Positions 20,812-31,478 of a DNA stretch of 64,000 nucleotides are shown piece by piece. The notes under the pieces were generated by a model that saw only the letters and a program-made list of their open reading frames with translations, made no database searches and had not been told where the DNA came from. Source of the stretch: an uncultured Spirochaetota bacterium (GTDB lineage Bacteria > Spirochaetota > Spirochaetia > SZUA-6 > Fen-1364). The stretch lies in NCBI GenBank assembly GCA_963734545.1, contig CAVTHO010000003.1:96001-160000 (forward strand). The letters are read 5' to 3'. The translations under genes and the position numbers were made by a program. Numbering within the stretch: the stretch's first letter is position 1; each line of letters begins with the position of its first letter.

Positions 20812-21974
20812 GCAAACTCTCCGTTCTCCAGTATCTGCTTCATGCGGGCCAGAAAGCGCGCGGCCGCCGCTCCGTTGACCAGACGGTGGTCCACCGAGAG
20901 GGTCAGGTGGACCACGGGCACCACCCGCACGCCCTCTCCGTCCGCGACGGGACAGCGCGTCACGGCGCCGACGGCGAGCGCCGCGGCGTGCGCGGGGTAA
21001 ATGATTGCCTCGAAGCTTTCGACGGGAAACATTCCGAGGTTGCTCACGAGAAAGCAGCTGTCATCCACGTCCCGGGGGGAGAGCGCACGGGACTCTGCCT
21101 TCTCCACCAGGGTGCCGATCTCCCGGGAAATGCCCGCCACGCTTTTCCTTTCCGCGTTCCGCACGGCGGGGGCGTAGAGCTCGTCCCCAATGCCGAGCGC
21201 GACGGCGATGTCGATGGCTCCGTGCTCTTTCACCTCGTCTCCCGCAAGGAAGGCTCGAAAGACGGGTGACTGGGCAATGGACACGGCCGCAGCCTTGACG
21301 AAAAACGCGTCGAAACGTGGAGCCTGTGCTCCGGCGCTCGCGTCGCTCCGTCGCGCCGCGACCACCCGGCGCATGTCGACGAGCGCGTGCACGTGGTAGA
21401 CCGGCTTCTCGCGGTGGCTCTGGCTCACCTTGGCCGCGATGATGGATTGCGCCGGAGGGAGCGGGCGGGCGGGCCGCGCGGGCGCCGCGCCGCCGGACGC
21501 CTGCGCCGCGTTCCGGCTCCGCAGCACGTCATCCCGGGTCACCGCCCCGCCGGGACCGGTTCCCGCAACCGTGTCGAGGTCGACACCCCACCTGGCGGCG
21601 AGCGCGGCGAGCGCCGGTGCGATCCTGCGCGCGGCGCGCTCCGAGGACAGCGGTGCCGGCCCGGCGCGGCCGCTTTCTCCTGCGGCCGCTGCCGCTGCGG
21701 CATCCGCGGCGCCGCTCCCGGCAGCCGTGTTTTCCCCGTACCTTCGGATCCAGGCGATTGTCTCCCCCGAGGCAACGCGCGCTCCTTCGGCGGCAACGAG
21801 TCTTTCCAGGGTTCCCGCCATCGCGGCTTCCACCTCGCTCACGCCCTTGTCGGTCTCCACTTCGAAAAGGGGCTCGCCGAGCGCAACGGCATCCCCCTCG
21901 GATTTCAGCCACCTGACCAGGGTGACCTCTCCTTCGACCGTCCCCAGGTCAGGCATGCGGAGCGGCACCGCCAT
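20808..21974 (-). CDS. Dihydrolipoamide acyltransferase E2
   Basis: Lipoyl motif VETDKG, E3-binding GTGPGG and catalytic DHRLVNG. Confidence 0.9.
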   Translation of the reverse strand: MAVPLRMPDLGTVEGEVTLVRWLKSEGDAVALGEPLFEVETDKGVSEVEAAMAGTLERLVAAEGARVASGETIAWIRRYGENTAAGSGAADAAAAAAAGESGRAGPAPLSSERAARRIAPALAALAARWGVDLDTVAGTGPGGAVTRDDVLRSRNAAQASGGAAPARPARPLPPAQSIIAAKVSQSHREKPVYHVHALVDMRRVVAARRSDASAGAQAPRFDAFFVKAAAVSIAQSPVFRAFLAGDEVKEHGAIDIAVALGIGDELYAPAVRNAERKSVAGISREIGTLVEKAESRALSPRDVDDSCFLVSNLGMFPVESFEAIIYPAHAAALAVGAVTRCPVADGEGVRVVPVVHLTLSVDHRLVNGAAAARFLARMKQILENGEFA

Positions 21975-21988
21975 ACAATCCCCCCTGC

Positions 21989-22138
21989 TGAGCATCTGCT
22001 CAATCGGAACTTTATGCTCATTCTAAGCCGTCCCTTCCCCCGCGGTCAACGAAAAGTTTTGCCTGTTCCGCGCTGTCTTGACGGCGCGGTGGGCGCGTGA
22101 TAGCGTAAGCATATGGAAGAAGTTGGGCATTTGCTCAA
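21989..22138. promoter_or_regulatory. Divergent control region: palindromic operators and a sigma70 promoter
   Basis: TGAGCA-TC-TGCTCA (21989-22002); TTGGGCA-TT-TGCTCAA (22123-22138); TTGACG-N17-TAGCGT (22078-22106). Confidence 0.6.
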
Positions 22139-23170
22139 TGGACCTCTCCCCCGACGCCCCGCGCGCACAGCGGACCTGGACCAGGACAGGCTCCTGATCA
22201 AGGCGGCGCGGCTCTACTACGAAAGCAGCATGACCCAGGCGGTGATCGCGGACCGCATGCGCCTTTCCCGCCAGAAAGTGCAGCGTCTCCTCGACCTGGC
22301 AAAGGAGAAAGGGGTCGTCCGCATCGTCATCGAGCCCCTCATGGGCATTCACGACGACCTGGAGAGGGCCCTCGAGGAACGCTTCGGCCTCCGCGAGGCG
22401 GTGGTGGTGGAAACCTCCGCCTACGACCAGGAATCCACCGTGGCCCGCGAGGTGGGGGTCGGAGCTGCCGAATACCTTCTGCGGGTGCTCCGCCCGAAGG
22501 ACCGGATCGTCATCAGCTGGGGCGGCGCCCTCCTGGGAATGGTGAACGCCCTGCGCCGCCACCCGCATCGCGACATGCGGGGCATCGCGGTCATCCAGGG
22601 TCTGGGCGCCGTGGTGGATCCCAGCCGGGACACGCATTCCACCGAGCTGGCGCGCCGGCTGGCCCACTTCCTCGGCGGGCAGGCGGTGCCTCTTCCCGGC
22701 TCCCGGCGTGGCCGGCAGCAGGCAGGCCAGAAACGCGTTCCTGCACGATCCGCCCGGTGGCGCGGGTGCTGGAAGAGGCCCGGTCCGCGGACCTCGCCTT
22801 TGTGGGCATCGGCGCGCCGCGCCAGGACTCCATCCTGATCCGCGAGGGCAGCATCGTGAGCTGGGCGGAGCTGGAGGCGCTGAAGAAAAAGGGCGCGGCG
22901 GGCGACATCAATCTCCGCTTCTTCGACAGCGAGGGCCGGGCCATCCCATCGGACCTCGACGACCGGGTGATAGGGCTGACGCTCGAGGATTTTCGCAGGA
23001 TCCCCCACGTCGTGGGCGTCGCGGGCGGCGCCGCAAAGCTCGGCGCCATACGGGGCGCGCTGGAGGGGAAGCTGATCCACGTCCTGATCACGGACAATGT
23101 CACCGTGCTCAAGCTGCTGGAGCAGAGGGCCGCTGCCTCTCCTCCGCGGCCAAAAAGGAGAAACAGATGA
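22113..23170 (+). CDS. SorC/DeoR/LsrR-family sugar-binding transcriptional regulator (frameshifted)
   Basis: AARLYY...TQ..IA....SRQKV HTH, ISWG, AFVGIG and GAAGDI..RFFD motifs. Confidence 0.9.
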
Positions 23171-24410
23171 GCAGGAAAACCATCGCCGTGCTGGCCACGC
23201 TGGATACAAAGGGGCGCGAGGCGGAGTTCCTGCGTGACCAGATACAGAAACACGGACAGAAAGCGCTCGTCATCGACGTGGGGGTGACCGGGACGCCGGG
23301 CGACCCGGGCGGATGTCACCCGTGAAGAGGTGGCGGAGGCCGGAGGCACCCCCCTTTCGCGTCTTCTTGCGAACCCGTCCCGGGAGGTGGCCGCGCCCGT
23401 CATGGCGGACGGGGCCACGAAGATCGTCGGCAGGCTCGCGGCGGAGGGGAAGATCCACGGAATCGTGGGACTGGGCGGAACCCAGGGCACGACGCTCTGC
23501 ACAAAGGCGATGCGCGCGCTGCCGTACGGATTTCCGAAGGTCATGCTCTCCACCATGGCCTCGGGGAACGTTTCGCACTGGGTCGACATCCGTGACATCA
23601 CCATGATGTTCTCGGTGACGGACATCATGGGTCTGAATCCCGTCATGCGGAAGATGCTGGCCAATGCCGCCGGGGCCGCGTGCGGCATGGCATCCTCGGA
23701 GGTGACCCTCTCCACCGGAGGCCAGCCCCTGGTCGCCGTCACCACGGTGGGCATCACCACGAAGGGCGCAATGAAGGCCGTCGAGGTGCTGGAAGCGGCC
23801 GGCTACGAGACCATCGTGTTCCACGCCATCGGCGCCGGCGGCCGCGCAATGGAGCAGATGATGAAGGAAGGGATCATCGGCGCGGTGCTCGACTATTCCA
23901 CGATCGAGGTGTCCAACGAGATGTTCCACGCGCTGCTGGCGGGCGGGCCCGACCGCTGCACGACCGCGGGCTCACTCGGCCTGCCGCAGGTGATCGCGCC
24001 GGGCGCCATCGAGGTCCTCGTCTATAACGAGCCGGAGACCGTGCCTGCTCCCTACAACACCCGCACGTTGATCCGCCACAGCCCCCAGATCACGGACGTG
24101 CGGCTCAACGGAACCGAGATGGCCGCGGTGGGCAGGGAGCTTGCCCGCCGCCTGCAGTCCACGCGCGAGCCGGCGGTGTTCATGATCCCTACCGCGGGCT
24201 TCGACAGCTACGCGGTGAAGGGAGGCGGTTTCCACGATCCTGAATCCGATGCCGCGTTCGTGAAGGAGCTGAAGGCCCACCTGCCCGCCTGCATCAGGGT
24301 CGAGGAACGGAACACGCTACATCGATGACCCGGCATTTGCCACGGAAGCGGCCCGGACTCTCATCCAGCTGATCGAAGCGGGCGGGAAGCGCCGTCCGGC
24401 CGCGTCCTGA
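23167..24410 (+). CDS. Tm-1-like ATP-binding domain protein, UPF0261 (frameshifted)
   Basis: ATLDTKG.E, GLGGTQGT, LPYGFPKVMLSTMASG and VFHAIGAGG motifs. Confidence 0.85.
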
Positions 24411-24426
24411 GCAGGGAGGAAGCGGA

Positions 24427-25302
24427 ATGGCGAAGCGATACACGCGGAAGGATTTTCTCGAGCGGCTGCGCGCGGAGATCGCACGGGGCAAGCCCCTCGT
24501 GATGACCGGTGCCGGCAACGGCATCGCCGCGAAGTTCATCGAGAAGGGCGGGGTGGACATCCTCGGTGTGTACAACACGGGATATCTGCGCATGCAGGGC
24601 TACGGCTCGCTCGCCGGCATGCTGCCCATCGCGGACGCCAATGAGATGGTCTACACAATGGGGCGACGGGAGGTCCTGCCCCAGGTGAAAGAGGTCCCCG
24701 TGATCGCGGGGCTGAACGGGGTGGACCCCCTGCGCGACATGCGTCTGTTCCTGGAGGACTGCCGGCGGATCGGATACTCGGGCGTGCACAACTTCCCCAC
24801 CGTGGCGTGGTTCGACGGAGAGTTTCGAAAGACGCTGGAGGGAACCGGGCTGGGCTACCAGCACGAGATCGACATGCTCGTCACTGCCCGGGAGCTGGAC
24901 ATGCTCGCCATCGGCTACGCCTTCAACGAGCAGGACTGCGAGCGCCTGATGAAGGAGGCGATGCCGGACATCTTCATCTTCCACGCGGGCATCACGCGGG
25001 GCGGCTCCACCGGCTACGCCGGGGGAAGCGATATCGCCGACACGGCAGCGCGCAGCCAGCGTCATTACGAGATTGCCCGGAAAATCAAGCCGGATGTCAT
25101 CCTCCTGGCGCACGGAGCGGCCCTCGTGAATCCGGAGGATGCCCAGTACATGCTCGATCATACGGACTGCCACGGCGTGCAGCTCGGCTCCAGCATCGAG
25201 CGCATGGCCATCGAGAAACCCCTGGAGGAGCGCTCCGCCGCGTTCAAATCGATACGCTTCACGGGGCGCGGCAACGGACCACTGCGCCGGCAGAAAGGTT
25301 GA
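24427..25302 (+). CDS. Tm-1-like TIM-barrel protein (PEP-hydrolase-like / TIM-barrel signal transduction family)
   Basis: GAGNGIAAK, YNTG..RM.G.GSLAG..P..DAN, GVHNFPTV and GSSIER motifs. Confidence 0.85.
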   Translation: MAKRYTRKDFLERLRAEIARGKPLVMTGAGNGIAAKFIEKGGVDILGVYNTGYLRMQGYGSLAGMLPIADANEMVYTMGRREVLPQVKEVPVIAGLNGVDPLRDMRLFLEDCRRIGYSGVHNFPTVAWFDGEFRKTLEGTGLGYQHEIDMLVTARELDMLAIGYAFNEQDCERLMKEAMPDIFIFHAGITRGGSTGYAGGSDIADTAARSQRHYEIARKIKPDVILLAHGAALVNPEDAQYMLDHTDCHGVQLGSSIERMAIEKPLEERSAAFKSIRFTGRGNGPLRRQKG

Positions 25303-25304
25303 GC

Positions 25305-26249
25305 GTGGCGAGGGCGGTATTCTTCGGAAGCTCGGACAGCGTGTTTTCCCACCGGCACTTCCAGGCGCTGCTCCAGGCGGACTGCCGGATCGTGGGCGTC
25401 GTGGACGTGCCCCCGGCACGCCGCGGAAGCACGAACGCGGCGCGGCCGGACAGTGAGAGCTTTCCCGACGCAGCGATGCGCATGGGCATTCCGACTTTCG
25501 AGCCTGAGAATCCGAACACCCCGTCCTTCGTCGAGGAAATGCGGCGACTCACCCCTGATTTCTTCGTGGCAGTCGGCTACATGCTCCTGCTGAAGAGCGC
25601 TCTTCTGTCCCTCCCGCGCGTGGTTGCCGCCAACTTCCACGCGTCCCTGCTTCCCGCGTACCGGGGGAAACACCCGGTGTTCTGGGCGCTTCGGCACGGC
25701 GAGCCCTGGTGCGGGCTGACGGTGCATGAGATGGGCCCCGGCCTGGACACGGGGGACATCATCTTCCAGGTCCGGGTGCCGACACGGGAAACGGACTCCG
25801 TGTCTGCCCTGTATGAGCGAATCATGGCGGAGAGCCTGCCCCTGGTGCCCCGGCTGGCGGCGTGCGTCGAGGCGGGGAGCGTGCCCCGCGCTCCCCAACC
25901 GTCGGAGGGGGCGTCGTATTTCGGGGCGACCGTGGAAGACGACTTCCGCCTGGACTGGTTCATGGAGGCGGCGGTGCTCGCGCGATGGATTGCCGCCACT
26001 CCGGGACAGTGCTTCGCGGACTGCCGGCGCGAGCGGATCTTCTTCCTGGACGCACGAGTGTCGGAGGACGGGGGCGGCAGGGAACCCGGGACAGTCGTCA
26101 GGATGGCCCCGGAATGCTGCGAGATTTCCGCCGCGGGCGGAAATCTCCGCGTCTGCCGGGTGCGCACGGCGGACGGGCACGAGATGAGCGCGCGGGAGGC
26201 GTTCCTGAAGCTGCAGCTCGGGGAAGGCTCCCTCTGGGGAGGGGCGTGA
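25305..26249 (+). CDS. Methionyl-tRNA formyltransferase-like protein
   Basis: NFHASLLPAYRG.HP and GLDTGDI motifs. Confidence 0.8.
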   Translation: MARAVFFGSSDSVFSHRHFQALLQADCRIVGVVDVPPARRGSTNAARPDSESFPDAAMRMGIPTFEPENPNTPSFVEEMRRLTPDFFVAVGYMLLLKSALLSLPRVVAANFHASLLPAYRGKHPVFWALRHGEPWCGLTVHEMGPGLDTGDIIFQVRVPTRETDSVSALYERIMAESLPLVPRLAACVEAGSVPRAPQPSEGASYFGATVEDDFRLDWFMEAAVLARWIAATPGQCFADCRRERIFFLDARVSEDGGGREPGTVVRMAPECCEISAAGGNLRVCRVRTADGHEMSAREAFLKLQLGEGSLWGGA

Positions 26250-27160
26250 TGGCGAGGGTGAGCTTCGGGCGCCTCATGGCGGATGCCGAGCGGCGCGGGT
26301 ACGCGGTGGGCTACTTCGAGAGCTGGAACATGGAATCGCTGCTGGCGGTGGCGGACGCGGCCGAGGCGGCGCGCTCACCCGTCATCCTGGGTTTCAGCGG
26401 GATCTGCGCTGCCGCACCCCGCGCGCACGGTGCAGGAGCACCTCTCCGACTACTACGCGCTGGGCGCCGCCGTATGTGACAGGCTCTCCGTGCCGGCGTG
26501 CCTCCTGTTCAACGAATCGGCCCGGTTCGACTGGGTGGTGGAAGCGGTGCGGCTCGGATTCGGTCTGGTGATGTTCACCGACGAGGAGCTGGCGTACGCG
26601 GACCTGGTGGCGCAGGTGAGACAGGTGTCACGCATTGCGCACGCGGCGGACGCGGCCGTGGAGGGAGAGATGGACTCCCTGCCCGGGCGTGGGCGGCACC
26701 CTGCACACGCCGCCGCCGGATACCGCCTCTGACCGATCCCGAGAAGGCGCGCGAGTTCGTTCAGGCAACGGAAGTGGACTCCCTTGCGATCAGCGTGGGC
26801 CAGGTCCACCTGCACGGCCGCAGCCCGGTACGGCTGGACCTGGACCGGGTGACGGCGCTGAAGGCCGCGGTCACGGTTCCCCTTGTCCTGCACGGGGCAA
26901 CCTCCGTGACGCGCGCGGACCTGGCACGGGCAATTCAGCGCGGCGTCCGCAAGGTCAACGTCGGGAGCATTCTCAAGCGGACATTCTTCGAGGCCATGCG
27001 CGCCGCCAGCACCCGGGCGGGGGACTCCTACAATCCGTACGAAGTGATCGGCTCCGGAGTCTCGCGGACGTGATGGCGGCAGGCCCGCGCCGCCATGCAG
27101 AGGGTCGTGCAGGAGTACATGGAGCTGTTTGGCAGCGCGCAAAAAGCCGTCGGCTTCTAA
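26249..27160 (+). CDS. Class II fructose/tagatose-bisphosphate aldolase-like protein, atypical (frameshifted)
   Basis: GYAVGYF, SPVIL, VEGE, LAISVGQVH, PLVLHG and KVNV motifs. Confidence 0.8.
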
Positions 27161-27195
27161 GCGCGCCCGGGCGAATGCTGCACAGAGGAGGGAAT

Positions 27196-28029
27196 ATGGT
27201 TCACATCGGGATCAACACGGACAACTGGCGTCATGAGGACAAGCCGCTGGACTACTGCTTCGGCGTCATTGCGAAACTGGGCATCGAGTACACCGAGCTG
27301 GAAGCAACAGGCGGCACCGAGTTTTTCGAGGGCCTGGGGTTTTCGCCGTTCGTGCCGCTGGACAGCGATCCGCTGGAGCTGCGGAAGAAGATCGACGCGC
27401 ACCATCTGAAGGTCTCCCAGCTCGACGTTTCATTCCCCATCAACCGCTGGGAGTGCATCGATTTCATACGCCGCGGCATCATCTTCGCGGGGCTGCTCGG
27501 CGTGCCGTGCGTGGACACGACGGACGGGAAATACAAGGTCCCCGGCATGTCGGACAAGGAGCAGGTCGACCGGATCATCTACCACCTGTCCCAGTGCATC
27601 TCGGTGGCGGAAAACCACAAGGTGATCATCAACGTCGAGCCGCACGGGCCGTTCACCACGAACCCGGAGACGCTCCTGCAGATCGTGGAGCACTTCCAGT
27701 CGCCCTGGGTCAAGATCAATTTCGACACGGGGAACAGCTTCATCGCCGGCCAGGATCCCCCGAAGTTCCTCGAGCAGGTCGCGAAGTACGTGACCCACGT
27801 GCATTGCAAGGACGTCAGCCACGAGCTCGCCGCGGCCGTGCGGGGCAAGGACACCGGTATCTCGGCCTCCGTCGTGCCCATCGGCAAGGGCGCCAACGCG
27901 GACAACATCTCGAAGTGCATCAAGATCCTGGAGGCGCGGAAGTGGGACGGGGTCTTCTGCATCGAGAGTGATGGGGAAAAGAACGTCATCGACTCGGTGG
28001 CGTGGCTGAGGACGCAGATCAGGAAATAG
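27196..28029 (+). CDS. Sugar phosphate isomerase/epimerase (xylose-isomerase-like TIM barrel)
   Basis: VEPHG, NFDTGN, HVHCKD and IE metal ligands; RBS GAGGAGG. Confidence 0.85.
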   Translation: MVHIGINTDNWRHEDKPLDYCFGVIAKLGIEYTELEATGGTEFFEGLGFSPFVPLDSDPLELRKKIDAHHLKVSQLDVSFPINRWECIDFIRRGIIFAGLLGVPCVDTTDGKYKVPGMSDKEQVDRIIYHLSQCISVAENHKVIINVEPHGPFTTNPETLLQIVEHFQSPWVKINFDTGNSFIAGQDPPKFLEQVAKYVTHVHCKDVSHELAAAVRGKDTGISASVVPIGKGANADNISKCIKILEARKWDGVFCIESDGEKNVIDSVAWLRTQIRK

Positions 28030-28088
28030 CGCCCGCGGGCAGGACGCGGCAGGGGCCCCCGGCGGTTCCCTGCCGGCATTTGTCCGGC

Positions 28089-28556
28089 TTACTTGACCGC
28101 CGGAGTGACGCTTCCGTTCAGATAGATCTCCTTGATGAACCAGTCGGTGTCGATCTGCACCAGAACGAACTTCGCAGGAATCGGACCGCCGACCGGCCAG
28201 GTCACGTCGAAGTTGTAGAATGTGGGCGGTCCGTAGATGTCCACGGTGACATTCGCCGGGTCCACATAGTCGTGGACGGAGAGGCTGTAGGTCTGGAAGG
28301 CTCCGGGCAGGACCACGCCGATTGCGTCCCAGTAGGCCTGCGTGCCCACGAGGGCGTAGTCCGCGGTCTGCCCCGGGGCGAAGTTCGCGCTCATGAGTGA
28401 CTTGTCGCCGCTCAAGTCGGCGCCGAATTGCGAGAGGCGGTCCATCTTTGTGACGCCCAGCATCTGGCACGTCCCCAGCCCGAGCGCGACAATCGCCCCC
28501 ACGGCAACAGCCAGCACGAATCGCGGCGCTGTCTTGAGAATCCTGCCCCGTCGCAT
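28089..28556 (-). CDS. Hypothetical lipoprotein
   Basis: Basic N-terminus, hydrophobic stretch and LGT-C; RBS GAGGAGGT. Confidence 0.65.
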   Translation of the reverse strand: MRRGRILKTAPRFVLAVAVGAIVALGLGTCQMLGVTKMDRLSQFGADLSGDKSLMSANFAPGQTADYALVGTQAYWDAIGVVLPGAFQTYSLSVHDYVDPANVTVDIYGPPTFYNFDVTWPVGGPIPAKFVLVQIDTDWFIKEIYLNGSVTPAVK

Positions 28557-28619
28557 ACCTCCTCAATTTTAGTCCTTTTTCGGGCGTTTGTCCGTCCCTT
28601 TTGCTCCGCGGCGCGAATC

Positions 28620-28689
28620 CACGGAGTACCGTGGCGCAGAATCCGCCGGGTACGGCGGCGCGAATCACGCAACTGCACGGAGCACCGTG
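28620..28689. repeat. Three copies of the CACGG-N4-CCGTG hairpin family
   Basis: CACGGAGTACCGTG (28620), CCGCCG-GGTA-CGGCGG (28643) and CACGGAGCACCGTG (28676). Confidence 0.7.
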
Positions 28690-28745
28690 AAGGGGGCACC
28701 GCTGCGCATTGACCTGCCTGCCCCGCGCCTCTATCCTTTCTGCTC

Positions 28746-29450
28746 ATGGCGGACATACTGGTTTTCGGGGCCCACCCCGACGACGCGGAATTCGGGATGG
28801 GCGCAAGCCTCGTCAAGTTCGTGCGCGGCGGGGCCTCCGTGGCGGTGTGCGTCCTGTCCCGCGGGGAAGCAGGCACTTTCGGCACACCGGAACAGCGCGA
28901 GGCCGAGATGAGGGCGGCCTCGGACAAGCTCGGGGGAGAGCTGGAAGTCCTGTCGTTCCGGGACTGCCAGATCCTCGACACCTATGAGGCGCGGGTGCGC
29001 GTGGCCGCCGTGGTGAGGAAGTTCCGGCCGAAGCTCGTTTTCGCGCCCTATCATACGAACCCGGGCAGTCACCGGGACGGCAGCGCCCATCCCGACCACA
29101 TGGCAACAGGCGCAATCGTCCGCTCCGCCCTGCGCTATGCGCGGTTCTCCGGTCTGAAGGAATTGAAGGAAGAGCCATGGAATGCCGGGCATTTGCTGTA
29201 CTACATGGTTCCCCTGTCGCGCGCACCCACACTGCTGAATGACGTATCGCCCTTCATGGAAGAGTGGGAAAGCGTCGCGCGCTGTCATGAGTCGCAGACA
29301 AAGATCCGGGAAGGATTGATCCTGCAGGTCCTCAGGGGCATTCGCGTCTCATATGGAATCATGATGGGCGTGGCCTTTGCGGAAGCTTTCCTCAATGAAG
29401 AGCCGCTGGCGTTCGACCTGGGGTCTTTCCTGCAGACAAAGGGAGCGTGA
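28746..29450 (+). CDS. PIG-L/BshB1-family N-acetyl-sugar deacetylase
   Basis: GAHPDDAE, GEAGT.G...R..E and HPDH motifs. Confidence 0.85.
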   Translation: MADILVFGAHPDDAEFGMGASLVKFVRGGASVAVCVLSRGEAGTFGTPEQREAEMRAASDKLGGELEVLSFRDCQILDTYEARVRVAAVVRKFRPKLVFAPYHTNPGSHRDGSAHPDHMATGAIVRSALRYARFSGLKELKEEPWNAGHLLYYMVPLSRAPTLLNDVSPFMEEWESVARCHESQTKIREGLILQVLRGIRVSYGIMMGVAFAEAFLNEEPLAFDLGSFLQTKGA

Positions 29451-29454
29451 AAAA

Positions 29455-31478
29455 ATGAAAACATGGTTGACGGCAGGGCTGCGGCCGGTCCTTTCGAAAC
29501 GATATCTCACGGTTGTCCTGATCGTCGCTGCCGTGAACATGCTCTACCTGCTTGTCGTATCGTTGAACCCGCTCCTCTTGTACCTCTCCCTCGTGTTCCT
29601 CGTCCTCTACGGTGTTTCCCGCCTGTTGAGGGACCCTGCCGAGGACGCCGAAGGAGCAAAAAGGCCGGCAAGTCGAAAAGCCCTGCTCCCCCTGGCCGCG
29701 ATCCTGCTCGTCTCATTTGCCCTGCGCGCCATCGGGGCGAGCTGGGGTTTCCCCCTCTTCGGGCACCCGGATGAACCTGCCGTGACTGACCCCGCTGTGG
29801 AGATGATCGGCCGGGGGACCATTCGATCCCGGCTTTTACAGCCGTCCGAACCACATCAGCATCTACGCGAGTGAGATCCTGTACCCCGTCATCGACAAGG
29901 CGCTCCCTCACGACGGAAACCTCCCCGGCTTTGCCCGGGACATGAAGCCCTTCTATCTTGCCTCCCGCCTCGTCACGGCGTGCGGGGGTGTGCTCCTGAC
30001 TGCTGCCGCGTACCTCGTCGGAAGCATGACCGGGCCCGTTGTGGGTGTCATTGCCGCGGCGCTCTTTGCCCTGCTTCCGCCGTTCGTCGAGAATTCTCAT
30101 TACATTACTCCGGACATACCGGTGACGGCGATTCTCACGCTCGTTCTTCTCTTCTGTATCCGGTACCTCCGAGACGGCCGTGTGCGCGATCTTTTCCTTG
30201 CCCTTGTCTTTTCATGCGTCGCAATCGCCGAGAAGTACCCGGCATTCCTTACTCTCCCTCTTCTCCTGGCGATCGTGGTTTTCCGCGCGCGTGAGGGAAG
30301 CTCCGCGGTGTTCTCAGCCGGGGGGAATGCGCCGCTTCGAGACCGGAAGGCCGTCATTGCCATGCTTGTGATCGCGGGGGCGCTCATCGCAGTGGGTGCG
30401 TATGTGTATCGACACCCCGACTTCTCCCCGGCGTTTCAAGGAATACTTGAGCTCGGCTCTGCACAGGCCGGTCCCGGCCAACTTCGTGGCGCGGGTCCTC
30501 ACGATTGCGAAGCTGGTCGTGGCGGGCGGACTGCTCCTCGGCGCGTTGGCTGTTTTCCTCCGGTTCCTCAGGGGCGAGAAGTATCGGCTCTCATTGTTCG
30601 TCCTCGTCGGGATGCCCCTCGTCCTGTTTCTCATCACGCCGTACCTCTTCATCAATTTCAGCGGTGCCTTGTCGGCCATCAGCCGCGAGTCGAAAAGCGC
30701 GCACCTGGGAGCGGACAACCTTGGATACCTTGGAAACCTCTTCTTCTACGCAAGGGTCTATCTCGATGCGGCCGGAATCGTCTCCCTTCTTTTCCTGGCG
30801 ATAGGGATTGCCTGTATCTTCCGGGAAAGGTCCCTTCTTCCCCTCCTTTTCAGCTTTTTCTACTGGGTGTGCCTGTCGGCGCTGGGTCTTCACTGGCCGC
30901 GATGGGCACTGCCGATGTTCGTGGGTCCCCTCCTTCTCGTGTCTCTCGGGCTGCACCGCGCGTACCTGCTGCTGCGGGAGAAGATCGGCCGCGGCGGCGC
31001 TCTTGCGGTGCTGGGTGTGCTCTGCGCGGTTCCTGCGGCGAGCCTGGTTCTCACGAGCGTCACCACGACGTATCAGCTTGCACGGGAAGATACGCGGGCA
31101 GTCTCGCTGCGCTGGTGCAACGATCATGGCCTGACCGCGCAGAATACGGTGTATGACGGGTATACGCCCTTCAGGGCAAGCGGCGCACAGACCGTTGACT
31201 ATCCTGGATCCGCGGACAAGGAGTATGTCGTTGTTTCTTCGGAGATATACGACCGGTATCTGTCCGAGAAGACGCGCTACAAGGCACAGGCGGACATGTA
31301 CGCGCGCATCTTTGCGCTGCCGCTCCTGGCTTCCTTCACGCCGGTGACAGCCGGGGTTTCCACGTCCTTCGAGCTGGGCAATATACCGGCGCAGTGGGAT
31401 CTGCTGAAGAAGCTCGGCGGCAGCAACGGCCCTGCGTACGGGGGTCCGACGATCCTGATCTATCGAAAATCGCCTTGA
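29455..31478 (+). CDS. GT-C fold membrane glycosyltransferase, ArnT/PMT-like (frameshifted)
   Basis: HPDE in the first loop, SHYITPD and KYP motifs, many TM helices across three frames. Confidence 0.75.
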
